Source of the DNA: an uncultured Planctomycetia bacterium
GTDB lineage: Bacteria > Omnitrophota > Gorgyraeia > Gorgyraeales > Gorgyraeaceae
Assembly (NCBI GenBank): GCA_964415355.1
Contig: CAYPYS010000003.1
Coordinates: 68,156 to 132,155 of the forward strand
DNA length: 64,000 nucleotides
Direction of reading: 5' to 3'
Positions 1 through 8,541 of this stretch are shown piece after piece (within the stretch, counting starts at the first letter, position 1; every line of letters starts with the position of its first letter). Position numbers and translations under genes: made by a program. The notes below the pieces were generated by a model. That model saw only the letters and a program-made list of their open reading frames with translations. It was not told the DNA's origin and made no database searches.

Positions 1-453
1 TTGCAATACTATAGGGCCTGCGTCCATATCATGGGTCACAAAGTGTACGGTCGGACCAGTCACCTTCACCCCATATTCGAACGCGTCTTTTATCCCATGC
101 GTGCCCTTAAATGAAGGCAGGAGCGCAGGATGTATATTTAAAATTTTATTCTTATACGCTGCCACAAAGTCAGGCGAAAGCATCTTCATATAGCCGGCAA
201 GCGCTATTAATTCTATCTTTTCTTTTTTAAGATTTTTCAAAATTTCGCCTTCAAAGTCTTCCTTCGACTTGAAATCCTTTCTTTCAACCGCGAGGGTCTT
301 GATCCCGGCTTTCCTGGCCCGGGTCAGGGCAAAACAATCCGGCACGTCTGAGACAACCAGCTTTAAATCCGCCTTTATACGGCCTCTTTTATGCGCCTCT
401 ATTATGGCCTGCAGATTCGTCCCGCTTCCCGAACAAAACACCGCTATATTCAT
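1..453 (-). CDS. purN: phosphoribosylglycinamide formyltransferase PurN, N-terminal part; gene runs off the window edge
   Basis: Minus-strand ATG at 453..451 with GGAGGGG RBS; translation MNIAVFCSGSGTNLQAIIEAHK...NIHPALLPSFKG is PurN-like; absent from ORF track because truncated. Confidence 0.65.
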   Translation of the reverse strand, partial: MNIAVFCSGSGTNLQAIIEAHKRGRIKADLKLVVSDVPDCFALTRARKAGIKTLAVERKDFKSKEDFEGEILKNLKKEKIELIALAGYMKMLSPDFVAAYKNKILNIHPALLPSFKGTHGIKDAFEYGVKVTGPTVHFVTHDMDAGPIVLQ

Positions 454-467
454 CTTCCCCTCCGTCC

Positions 468-504
468 TAACTTTACACTTTAACGTTGTTAAAGTGTAAA
501 GTTA
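468..504. repeat. palindromic intergenic element copy 1 (perfect 16-bp arms)
   Basis: taactttacactttaacgttgttaaagtgtaaagtta; supplies trxA stop. Confidence 0.9.
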
Positions 505-822
505 AGCAAGCATTTCCTCTATCTTTTCTGTAATATTATCCTTAGAGGCAACTCCTACGACTCTTGTAAATTCCTTTCCATCCTTGAATAATATAATAGT
601 AGGTATATTCATCACGCCGAACTTTGTAGCAACAGCCATTGCGTCGTCTATATTGAGCTTCGCGACCTTGCATCTTCCTTTGTACTCGTTCGCTAGCTGC
701 TCTATAATAGGGGCTATCATCTTGCATGGCATGCACCACGTCGCCCAGAAATCCACGATTACAGGTTTGTCTGATTGCAAAACCTCGGCTTCGAAATTTT
801 CTTGTCCCAGTTGCAACATCAT
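502..822 (-). CDS. trxA: thioredoxin
   Basis: WCMPCK active-site motif, ~107 aa from MM start; stop codon is the terminal TTA of repeat copy at 468..504. Confidence 0.8.
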   Translation of the reverse strand: MMLQLGQENFEAEVLQSDKPVIVDFWATWCMPCKMIAPIIEQLANEYKGRCKVAKLNIDDAMAVATKFGVMNIPTIILFKDGKEFTRVVGVASKDNITEKIEEMLA

Positions 823-1646
823 TCTCTCCCTTCTCTGTCTCCTGGCCCTATAATACACCCGGTAGGACACTTTTTAACACAGATGTCCAATGCTTTTGCA
901 TCGTTCGTCTTTTTATAATCCAATCTTGATAGGTTATTCTCTACAATGAACGCGCCCTTCGAGAGCTTTTCGCAAACCTTACATGCAATACAACCTGCCT
1001 TGCATGCATTTTTCACAAAAGTTATTTTGTCGCGAGACAGGCACTTAACATAATACATTTCTCTTGCATCTTCAAGAGAAATAATATCTTTAGGACAAGT
1101 AGCCACGCATTTGCCACATGCAGTGCATTTATCAGGGTCGACTACAGGAATACCGGCTTTCCTCATGTGGATAGCGTCAAAAGGACATATCGCAACGCAA
1201 TCCCCAAAACCAAGACATCCAAATTTACATATTTTCTGGCCATCGGCGATCAAGCTCGCTGCTCGGCAAGTCTGAACACCTTCGTATAAAAACTTGTCCT
1301 TCGCATTCTTGCCTCCGCCGCACTTGACCTGTGCTATCTTTTTCTGCACAGAGACCCTCTCGGTGCCAAGTATCTCTGCTATCTTAAAATACACTTCTTC
1401 CCCGCCAGCAGAACAACTAGTCAGACTCGCGTCTCCTTTTGCGATAGATTCTGCCAATGCAGCGCATCCTGCTTTTCCGCAGGCCCCGCAATTAGAGCCC
1501 GGTAGCGCCGAAAGCACCCTGTCTATCTTGGGGTCGACTTCGACTCTGAATATCCTGGAGGCAAAAGCCAGGCCCAATCCAAAAAGAACGCCCATGCTCA
1601 ACATTATAATAATAGGCACGATCATATTAAAACCTGAATCCTGCAA
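819..1646 (-). CDS. rnfB: Rnf complex subunit B (N-terminal TM, Fe-S, two 4Fe-4S ferredoxin motifs)
   Basis: CGACGKAGC plus CKFGCLGFGDCVAICP and CTACGKCVATCP motifs. Confidence 0.85.
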   Translation of the reverse strand: MQDSGFNMIVPIIIMLSMGVLFGLGLAFASRIFRVEVDPKIDRVLSALPGSNCGACGKAGCAALAESIAKGDASLTSCSAGGEEVYFKIAEILGTERVSVQKKIAQVKCGGGKNAKDKFLYEGVQTCRAASLIADGQKICKFGCLGFGDCVAICPFDAIHMRKAGIPVVDPDKCTACGKCVATCPKDIISLEDAREMYYVKCLSRDKITFVKNACKAGCIACKVCEKLSKGAFIVENNLSRLDYKKTNDAKALDICVKKCPTGCIIGPGDREGRE

Positions 1647-2235
1647 ATCCCATAAATGCCATTGACATAAGAGAAGCTACGATAAAAGCTATAGGCATAT
1701 CCTTAAAAGGCTTTGGCACGTCACAAAGTTCAAGCCTTTCGCGTATGCCTGACATAAAAAGTAACACTATTGTAAAACCTATTCCCGCGCAGAAACCTTG
1801 AGTCACACAAAATAAGAAACTCTCTATAAAGCTCTCCTGGACCTTAAGAAACATCTCACTGTTTAAAACTGCCACGCCAAACACAGCGCAATTCGTAGTA
1901 ATGAGGGCGAGGTAGATTCCAAAGACCCTGTATAGAGCCGGGCTAAACTTCTGTATAAACATCTCTATGAGCTGCACAAAACTCGCGATCACCAGTATAA
2001 ATGACAAGGTGCGCAAATATTCTATGTGGAAAGGTTTCAATAAAAAGCTATACACTGCCCAGGTAATAATCGAAGAAGCGGTCATAACAAATGTCACAGC
2101 AAGTCCCATATAAAAAGCAGAGCGACTCTCTTTTGATACGCCTATAAACGGGCAAAGGCCCAGAAATTTAGAGAGAATAAAATTATTAATAAATATAACA
2201 CTTATCGCTATCATTAAAAACTGATTGAATTCCAT
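1627..2235 (-). CDS. rnfA: Rnf complex subunit A
   Basis: Polytopic 202 aa, strong RnfA/NqrE similarity (GLCPFIGVS, TNCAVFG). Confidence 0.9.
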   Translation of the reverse strand: MEFNQFLMIAISVIFINNFILSKFLGLCPFIGVSKESRSAFYMGLAVTFVMTASSIITWAVYSFLLKPFHIEYLRTLSFILVIASFVQLIEMFIQKFSPALYRVFGIYLALITTNCAVFGVAVLNSEMFLKVQESFIESFLFCVTQGFCAGIGFTIVLLFMSGIRERLELCDVPKPFKDMPIAFIVASLMSMAFMGFAGFRF

Positions 2236-2237
2236 TG

Positions 2238-2825
2238 TTATTTCCTCGTCACATGATTCACAATGCCTATCAACAACCCTATGACCAAAAGCGCGCCAGG
2301 CGCAAGTATGAATAAAATAGCTGGTTCAAATCCCTTAACGATCACAAGCCCTGCTAATGTCCCATTGCCCAAAGACTCTCTTATTGCTGAGATAAGAACA
2401 AGGGCCAACGTAAAACCAACCCCCATACCAAGTCCGTCAAAGATGGCCCTTGTTACGCCGTATTTTGACGCAAAGGCCTCTGCCCTGCCCAGTACAATGC
2501 AATTCACTACAATAAGCGGGACGAATATACCCAATGACTTTGATAATGCTGGAAAATACGCCTTCATAACCAGCTCGACTATGGTAACAAACGTAGCTAT
2601 GATGACAATAAAACAGGGTATCCTTATTCTTTTTGGTATAAAATCCCTGATGCTCGAGATGATGATGTTCGAACCGAGCATCACAAAGGTAGCCGCAATA
2701 CCCATGCCGAATCCGTTTCCTACACTGGTCGAGACTGCCAATGTCGGGCACAAACCCAGCGCTAGCCTGAAAGTCGGGTTCTCGCGGATAATACCTTTTA
2801 GGAATTCCTGGAATAGTTTTTTCAT
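2238..2825 (-). CDS. rnfE: Rnf complex subunit E
   Basis: LALGLCPTLAVS, GIFVPLIVVNCIVLGRAEAFA, RsxE-like. Confidence 0.9.
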   Translation of the reverse strand: MKKLFQEFLKGIIRENPTFRLALGLCPTLAVSTSVGNGFGMGIAATFVMLGSNIIISSIRDFIPKRIRIPCFIVIIATFVTIVELVMKAYFPALSKSLGIFVPLIVVNCIVLGRAEAFASKYGVTRAIFDGLGMGVGFTLALVLISAIRESLGNGTLAGLVIVKGFEPAILFILAPGALLVIGLLIGIVNHVTRK

Positions 2826-2827
2826 TT

Positions 2828-3760
2828 CTATCTCTTGCCGTACACCCTTGTCTTTGTATACCTATCTATAATAGGCACCATGGCGTTCATAAAAAGTATT
2901 GCATACGAAACACCTTCTGGATACCCGCCTCTTAATCTTATAACTGCTGTCAATACGCCGCATCCTATACCAAATATGATCTTTCCTTTCCTGGTAAGCG
3001 GCCGTGTAACATAGTCTGTCGCCATGAAAAAAGCACCCAACACTAAACCACCTGTCAGAAAGTGAAAAATAAAATCACCTTTTAAAAGACCATCCCCTCC
3101 GAAAATCCAGACCAGTATCATTGTTGTGCCTATAAAACTCGCGGGTATGTGAAAAGATATGATCTTTGTCATAAGCAAGACTGCAGCACCTATCAATAAA
3201 AGCAATATAGAGACCTCTCCTATGCAGCCTCCGTGATTTCCAAGAAAAAGGTCCACATAAGAAAAGACTTGGGTGGTTTCTTTTGCTAAAGGCGTTGCGG
3301 TTGAAACAGCATCAGGAAACCATCTCGGGTTTTTCCACGTGGTCATATACACTGGCCACGAGATCTGTAAAAATACCCTGCCGATAAGAGCGGGATTGAA
3401 AATATTGTGACCCAGCCCGCCAAAGATCTGCTTTCCTATGACAATGCTAACTACGCCTCCGACTACAGGAAGCCACAGAGGCATCTCGGGCGGGAGATTG
3501 TACGCCAGAAGTAATCCTGTTAGAAAAGCGCTCCCGTCTAAAATAGCCTTTGGATCTTTATTTCTGAGTTTCAAAAATATAAACTCGCTTACAATGCAAG
3601 ATATGATACAGAGAAGCGTGACCTTTAAACTCGAGAGGCCAAAAATGTATATACCTGCGACTCCTGCCGGTATAAGCGAGAGTATCACGATATACATGAT
3701 CCTCTGCGTTGTAAGAGGTGATTTAATATGCGGAGCTGAGGAAACGGTTAATTTGTTCAT
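2828..3760 (-). CDS. rnfD: Rnf complex subunit D
   Basis: Aligns along full length with RsxD (SAFLTGLLLA, GGLGHNIFNPALIG, STATPL flavinylation motif, IDRYTKTRVYG). Confidence 0.9.
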   Translation of the reverse strand: MNKLTVSSAPHIKSPLTTQRIMYIVILSLIPAGVAGIYIFGLSSLKVTLLCIISCIVSEFIFLKLRNKDPKAILDGSAFLTGLLLAYNLPPEMPLWLPVVGGVVSIVIGKQIFGGLGHNIFNPALIGRVFLQISWPVYMTTWKNPRWFPDAVSTATPLAKETTQVFSYVDLFLGNHGGCIGEVSILLLLIGAAVLLMTKIISFHIPASFIGTTMILVWIFGGDGLLKGDFIFHFLTGGLVLGAFFMATDYVTRPLTRKGKIIFGIGCGVLTAVIRLRGGYPEGVSYAILFMNAMVPIIDRYTKTRVYGKR

Positions 3761-3777
3761 AGCAATCTCTGAGAGTT

Positions 3778-3818
3778 CTTAAGTTTACATTTCAACAACG
3801 TTAAAGTGTAAACTTAAG
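3778..3818. repeat. element copy 2 (AAGTTT subfamily)
   Basis: cttaagtttacatttcaacaacgttaaagtgtaaacttaag, between rnfG and rnfD. Confidence 0.9.
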
Positions 3819-3824
3819 CAATGA

Positions 3825-4436
3825 CTACCTCTCTATTATCTCCAATCCTTTTTCTCTTATCGAATCTAGCACGGCCTCGCTGGATATAGTCGCTCCGGAA
3901 ATAGCATGGATGTTAGCGTCTTCGCAAAATTCCAGCTTATAAATATTGCATCCGTTAAACTGTTCGGTAAAATAAGGAAGTCTTTCCCTCTCAGCTTCTC
4001 TCTCTTGTAAAAAAAACTGTTTTAACGCCTTTGATATTGTCTTATCAGATACTACCTCTGTTATTTTAGCCCCGAGGCCCGGAGTTTCGTTCTGACTGAG
4101 CATCCTTACTCCGGTTATGGTGCCGTCTTTTTTTATCCCTACCATTGTCTCGATGACACTGGAATAACCATATTTTTTTGCGATAAACACATAGCCCTGC
4201 GGCCTGCCGCTGGACCCCTTGAACACTTCCCAGTATTTTACAGCGCCATTCTCTTCTACAGGTTCAATACGGTCCCCCACTGTCGCCGGGATTACCTGCT
4301 CCAAGGCATTCTCTTTGACCATAGCCTCTTGCATTTCTATTTTTGGTTTTGTAATAAAATAAACACTGGCCAAGACAGACGCTGCCACTAAATTCACCAA
4401 ACCCAGCACCAATGTAAACCGCAAAATACTCTTCAT
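3825..4436 (-). CDS. rnfG: Rnf complex subunit G (FMN-binding)
   Basis: Single N-terminal TM, ETPGLGAKI and SGATIS flavinylation motifs; lies upstream of rnfD (non-canonical order). Confidence 0.85.
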   Translation of the reverse strand: MKSILRFTLVLGLVNLVAASVLASVYFITKPKIEMQEAMVKENALEQVIPATVGDRIEPVEENGAVKYWEVFKGSSGRPQGYVFIAKKYGYSSVIETMVGIKKDGTITGVRMLSQNETPGLGAKITEVVSDKTISKALKQFFLQEREAERERLPYFTEQFNGCNIYKLEFCEDANIHAISGATISSEAVLDSIREKGLEIIER

Positions 4437-4443
4437 AATCCCC

Positions 4444-4480
4444 TAACTTTACACTTTAACGTTGTTGAAATGTAAAGTTA
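4444..4480. repeat. element copy 3 (opposite orientation)
   Basis: taactttacactttaacgttgttgaaatgtaaagtta, between rnfC and rnfG. Confidence 0.9.
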
Positions 4481-5785
4481 ACTCTTTGCTTTTCTCTTGG
4501 CTAACTTTATAAGCTGCAATAGCGGTATCTTCGACGGGCATACATAGTCGCACGAGCCGCATTCAATGCAGTCAAGCGGACTATAAGAATTCGCTATGTC
4601 AAATCTATTATTTTGCGCACCGAGGCCGATCATGCATGGCATGAGACCTGCGGGGCACGCTTCAATGCATCGCGAGCATCTTATGCAACTTACCTCACCC
4701 GGAGATTTAAAACTTTCGTCCAAGACAAGGATGCCCGAAGTCCCTTTTACAACCGGCGCATCTAAACTAAATTGCGCAATCCCTGTCATAGGCCCACCCA
4801 TTATAATCTTATAAATATTGCGCTCGGCATCGAATCCGCAAAATTCCAATAAATCTTTTATGGGCGTGCCTATCCTCGCTAAGACATTCTTAGGCTCTTT
4901 TAAAAAACTGCCTGATACCGTAACAACCCTTTCATACAATGGCTTGCCGAAATATACTGCCTCATAAATAGCAAAAACCGTCTGAACATTGCTTACAACG
5001 CATCCTATGTCAAGCGGCAACCCACCAGAAGGTACCTCGCGATTAAAAAGCGTCTTTATAAGCTGCTTTTCACCCCCTTGCGGATACTGTGTCTTTAGCT
5101 TAACTATCCTGACGCCTGACGCCTGAGGCCTGAGGCTGATTAGCGCATTTCTCAGTTTTTCTATAGCATCTATCTTATTGTCTTCTATCCCTATTATTAT
5201 ATCTTTTACGCCCAGCGCACAGGCAACAAGATCAATCCCCAGAAGGATCTCTTTTGGCCGCTCAAGCATCAAGCGATGATCACAGGTAAGAAGAGGCTCG
5301 CATTCTGCACCATTTATAATCAAGGTGTCAATATTTTTGCCACGGGGAAGACTCAGCTTAACGTGCGTGGGAAACGCCGCCCCTCCCAATCCTACGATAC
5401 CCGCATCTTTTACGATATTCACGATCTCTTCTTTCGAAAAAGAAGGCTTATCCGTTCGTGAACCTGAAAATGCCTTGATATCTTTGCCGTCAGATTCTAC
5501 TGTAATAGACTTAAAAGAACCAGCAATGGGATGAACATTATCTTCAATAGCAATCACCTTGCCGGATACGCTAGAATGCAAGTTGCTGGAGATAAAGCTC
5601 TTGCCCCTGGCAATAAGAGAGCCTGTCTTTACGCTGTCCCCAATATTAACAATTGGTTCTGAAGGCAAGCCTGCGTGTTGACTCAAGGCGAGCATGACCT
5701 TTTTGGGTAAAGGTATTCTCTCGATCTTCTTTAGTATCGTAGATTCTTTAAGTTCGGGTGGGTGTATAAAATTCATCTTGGACAT
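4478..5785 (-). CDS. rnfC: Rnf complex subunit C
   Basis: 435 aa, two CxxCxxCxxxCP ferredoxin motifs (CIRCSRCIEACP, CIECGSCDYVCP), NADH-binding fold. Confidence 0.9.
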   Translation of the reverse strand: MSKMNFIHPPELKESTILKKIERIPLPKKVMLALSQHAGLPSEPIVNIGDSVKTGSLIARGKSFISSNLHSSVSGKVIAIEDNVHPIAGSFKSITVESDGKDIKAFSGSRTDKPSFSKEEIVNIVKDAGIVGLGGAAFPTHVKLSLPRGKNIDTLIINGAECEPLLTCDHRLMLERPKEILLGIDLVACALGVKDIIIGIEDNKIDAIEKLRNALISLRPQASGVRIVKLKTQYPQGGEKQLIKTLFNREVPSGGLPLDIGCVVSNVQTVFAIYEAVYFGKPLYERVVTVSGSFLKEPKNVLARIGTPIKDLLEFCGFDAERNIYKIIMGGPMTGIAQFSLDAPVVKGTSGILVLDESFKSPGEVSCIRCSRCIEACPAGLMPCMIGLGAQNNRFDIANSYSPLDCIECGSCDYVCPSKIPLLQLIKLAKRKAKS

Positions 5786-5818
5786 GAGTTCATATTATTA
5801 TACAAAAAAGCGGCTTCC

Positions 5819-5842
5819 TTGACAACCTTTTTGGCATAATGT
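5819..5842 (+). promoter_or_regulatory. candidate plus-strand promoter (TTGACA -35 with AT-rich -10 region)
   Basis: TTGACA at 5819..5824 followed by cataatgt; spacing to best -10 is suboptimal. Confidence 0.25.
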
Positions 5843-5867
5843 AAACTTGGAATCAGGAGAAAATCAT

Positions 5868-6029
5868 ATGGCCATAGGTGACTTTGGGCAATGTTGTACA
5901 GATTGCCAGATCTATTGGACCTGCGAAACAAAATGGTACAGAGGAGAGCGCCACGAAGAAAACCTCTGCTGCAACGCCTGCAATTATCACAACGAGTGTA
6001 AAAAAATCTTCAAAAAGAGAAAAAATTAA
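5868..6029 (+). CDS. Cys-rich 53-aa protein with internal CCxxCx5C duplication
   Basis: AGGAG RBS 8 nt upstream of ATG; MAIGDFGQCCTDCQIYWTCETKWYRGERHEENLCCNACNYHNECKKIFKKRKN; followed by repeat copy 6034..6070; plus strand in an otherwise minus-strand region. Confidence 0.35.
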   Translation: MAIGDFGQCCTDCQIYWTCETKWYRGERHEENLCCNACNYHNECKKIFKKRKN

Positions 6030-6033
6030 TCTC

Positions 6034-6070
6034 TAACTTTACATTTCAACAACGTTAAAATGTAAAGTTA
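6034..6070. repeat. element copy 4
   Basis: taactttacatttcaacaacgttaaaatgtaaagtta; supplies MFS stop. Confidence 0.9.
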
Positions 6071-7315
6071 GGCTTTTGGCGATTTTGACCGAATCAGTTT
6101 CACAAATCCTATCGCAGAAAATACCGTCCCGACTATAACAAGAATCAACTCTTTCCTCACCCATTCAGCAATCAAAGAAACAAATATCATAAATAAAAGA
6201 AAAGCGATATGCATTATTATATCTATTGAGCTAAATACCCTACCTCTCATTTTTTCTTCCATTACCTCATGCAAAAGCGTACTAGAGGAAACGACGATAG
6301 GAGAAGCGAGTAGGCCTATAAGCATGGAAAACGCGGCTGCAACAAAAAAATAAGGCCACAACTTTAGCCCAATAGCAAATAAAACTATAGCCAATCCCGT
6401 AAGGCACAGACCAAAATTTATTGTTTTTCTTTTGCAGAATCTTCCACCGAACCTCCCATATGCCAGCGAGCCAAATAATAAACCTATACCCAAAAACATC
6501 GCCAAAAAGCCAAGATGTTCGGTCGAAGAGTGCAATCTGTCCTGGATAAATACTATTATTATAATATAAATAGATCCGACTCCAGCCATCATCAAGAACA
6601 TGGTATTTGCGATCATTCTTATGTCCTTATGGTTCTTCAGATATAACAACCCTTCCTTTATGTCTCCTAATATTGTCTTTTTTATAATGAACTTTAGCTT
6701 CTCTCTGGCTCTAGAAACCTTAGGTCCAGCTTTAAACTTGAAAACAACAAATGAAACCATTATAGCGGAAATAAAATATGTAACAGAATCCACATAAAAT
6801 CCGCCTTTTGCTCCTAGCTTTGCCACTATTAAGCCTCCGAGACCAAACCCAACAACAGCTGCGATCATTCTGGTAGTGGACGTCAAAGAATTAGCAAGGA
6901 GTAATTTGTCTTTCTGCACAATATCAGGAATTATTGCAAGTTTGGACGGCAGAAAAAATCTTGTAACAGAGAAAATAAGAAACACCATAATATATACGGG
7001 TGCCATGCTCTCTGAACATGATATGACCAACGGCATAAAAAGCACCAATATGCCTCTTAATAGATCGCAAGCTACCATTGTGTATTTTCTATTCCACCTA
7101 TCAACACAAATACCAGCGATCGGGCCTACGATAAAAACAGGAAGTATGGTAAAAGATAAAAGCTTGGCAAGCTCTATGGTAGAACCTGGCATTCGCGCGT
7201 ATATAAGACCTATTAGCGCCATCTGATTAAGCCTATCGCCAAAATTCGATATGATTTGGGAAACCCAAAGGAGTGAAAAATTTTTATCTCTTAAAAGCTC
7301 TCTTAATCTCGCCAC
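6068..7315 (-). CDS. MFS transporter
   Basis: 12-TM MFS pattern; track ORF extends to 7444 through a tRNA-fragment/GC-rich region, probable real start GTG ~7315 (VARLRELLRDKNFSLLW). Confidence 0.55.
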   Translation of the reverse strand: MARLRELLRDKNFSLLWVSQIISNFGDRLNQMALIGLIYARMPGSTIELAKLLSFTILPVFIVGPIAGICVDRWNRKYTMVACDLLRGILVLFMPLVISCSESMAPVYIMVFLIFSVTRFFLPSKLAIIPDIVQKDKLLLANSLTSTTRMIAAVVGFGLGGLIVAKLGAKGGFYVDSVTYFISAIMVSFVVFKFKAGPKVSRAREKLKFIIKKTILGDIKEGLLYLKNHKDIRMIANTMFLMMAGVGSIYIIIIVFIQDRLHSSTEHLGFLAMFLGIGLLFGSLAYGRFGGRFCKRKTINFGLCLTGLAIVLFAIGLKLWPYFFVAAAFSMLIGLLASPIVVSSSTLLHEVMEEKMRGRVFSSIDIIMHIAFLLFMIFVSLIAEWVRKELILVIVGTVFSAIGFVKLIRSKSPKA

Positions 7316-7325
7316 TTTTAATCTT

Positions 7326-7357
7326 TCAGTATTTCTGGAGCCGATGAGAGGATTCGG
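7326..7357 (-). repeat. 32-bp direct copy of tRNA-Thr 3' end (21 nt) plus 11-nt 3' flank
   Basis: tcagtatttctggagccgatgagaggattcg identical to 7461..7492. Confidence 0.7.
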
Positions 7358-7470
7358 CGCTTCATCCTTCGGATGAAGTCGGCCAGCCGCTTTGCTGGCG
7401 CTGCTCCTTTTAGTCGCAGCTTTTCCTCGCTTTGCTCGGCGCAAAGCTCCATTCGAATCCTCAGTATTTC

Positions 7471-7546
7471 TGGAGCCGATGAGAGGATTCGAACCTCCGA
7501 CCTGAGCTTTACGAAAGCCCTGCTCTGCCAGCTGAGCTACATCGGC
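7471..7546 (-). tRNA. tRNA-Thr (anticodon CGT)
   Basis: Reverse complement folds as cloverleaf GCCGATG..TTCGAATCC..CATCGGCTCCA with anticodon loop TTCGTAA; CCA encoded. Confidence 0.75.
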
Positions 7547-7623
7547 ATGTGTTTTGAGACAATTATACCATTAACTGAAAATCTAGGAAATCAAAATCTT
7601 TATGGATATTCCCAACTTATGCA

Positions 7624-7652
7624 TTGACAAGGCATTTTAAAGCATATATAAT
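7624..7652 (+). promoter_or_regulatory. consensus sigma70-type promoter TTGACA-N17-TATAAT
   Basis: TTGACA 7624..7629, TATAAT 7647..7652, exact 17-bp spacer; drives entericidin-like gene. Confidence 0.55.
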
Positions 7653-7699
7653 CTCTTCTCTTTATATTGTTGTTAAAAATTTTATTGAAAGGGGGTATC

Positions 7700-7831
7700 T
7701 TGAAAAAATTAAAATTATACATCTTGGCAATACTTGTTTCTACGATTGCTATAAGCCTTACCGGCTGCGGGACAATAGAAGGAGTCCGCAAGGATATACG
7801 TGTCGTGGGTAAAGTTTTAAGTAATGCATGA
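7700..7831 (+). CDS. entericidin-family small lipoprotein (43 aa, TTG start)
   Basis: GGGGG RBS then TTG; MKKLKLYILAILVSTIAISLTGCGTIEGVRKDIRVVGKVLSNA; lipobox LTGC and mature peptide resemble EcnA/EcnB (LTGCNTARGFGEDIKHLGNSIS). Confidence 0.5.
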   Translation: MKKLKLYILAILVSTIAISLTGCGTIEGVRKDIRVVGKVLSNA

Positions 7832-7892
7832 TTAAAAATTCTTCCGCACTTATACTTCCTAAATAAAAAGAGGGCACTAAAAATTTAATATC

Positions 7893-7929
7893 TAACTTTA
7901 CACTTCAACGTTGTTGAAATGTAAAGTTA
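7893..7929. repeat. element copy 5
   Basis: taactttacacttcaacgttgttgaaatgtaaagtta. Confidence 0.9.
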
Positions 7930-8526
7930 GGCGGGTTGAGCTTTTTTGGGCAGGAAAAATCTGAATACCTTTTTTACGAATCTGAACATCATCTTCAAAA
8001 ACCATATGGAAAACAGGACAAAAAGGATTACGATTATGCCGGTTATAATAGGGTGATTGACGATCATCCAAAGCGCACCCACCACCATGGCATCTTCTGA
8101 TACGCTGGCAATCGAATTAGTAACCGGCTCCGGTGAAGTATTTATAGCAACGCGGGCGGTGGCCTTTGTCAGGTGAGAGTCCATCGCGACTGTTCCGCTT
8201 AAAAGAGCAGCCGGGATCTGCGCAACCGGGCCTATGTCAGCCATCGCCATATAAGATAATGCAGCGCCGCCTATAGGCCTTATAAAAGTATGAACGGAAT
8301 CCCATACAGAATCAACCAGAGGGATCTTATCAGCAAAAAACTCAACCGCATACATCAATATAGCGACAGCGATAATAAGAGGATTGGAAATAACATCTAA
8401 ATTTCCGGGCAGATTTATAACGCCCATCTTATCCATAATTCCCAATCCCGCGATAGTCAGATAAAGATTCACGCCAGATGCCCAGGAACCACCTAAAAGG
8501 ACTCCTAAATTACTTAACACTTCCAT
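7927..8526 (-). CDS. DUF4126-like membrane protein
   Basis: 199 aa polytopic; pattern resembles DUF4126 family. Confidence 0.4.
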   Translation of the reverse strand: MEVLSNLGVLLGGSWASGVNLYLTIAGLGIMDKMGVINLPGNLDVISNPLIIAVAILMYAVEFFADKIPLVDSVWDSVHTFIRPIGGAALSYMAMADIGPVAQIPAALLSGTVAMDSHLTKATARVAINTSPEPVTNSIASVSEDAMVVGALWMIVNHPIITGIIVILFVLFSIWFLKMMFRFVKKVFRFFLPKKAQPA

Positions 8527-8541
8527 ATCGCACCACCTTGT

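Noticed and set aside
269-499. ORF-track proteins ending in LTLHFNVVKV / TLHFNVVEM (also 47100..47438, and the N-termini of track ORFs 36135..36848 and 21731..22621)
   Set aside because: These are translations of the palindromic element itself. There is no independent coding signal, and the real neighbouring genes have better internal starts.
2263-2871. Long plus-strand ORFs overlapping minus-strand genes (also 18661..19155, 25506..26048, 26008..26583, 36361..36855)
   Set aside because: They are antisense shadows of confidently identified genes, with no RBS and no homology pattern.
6068-7444. Lys/Arg-rich N-terminal 43 aa of the MFS ORF
   Set aside because: It is encoded by the tRNA-Thr fragment copy and GC-rich spacer. 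The likely true start is GTG near 7315.
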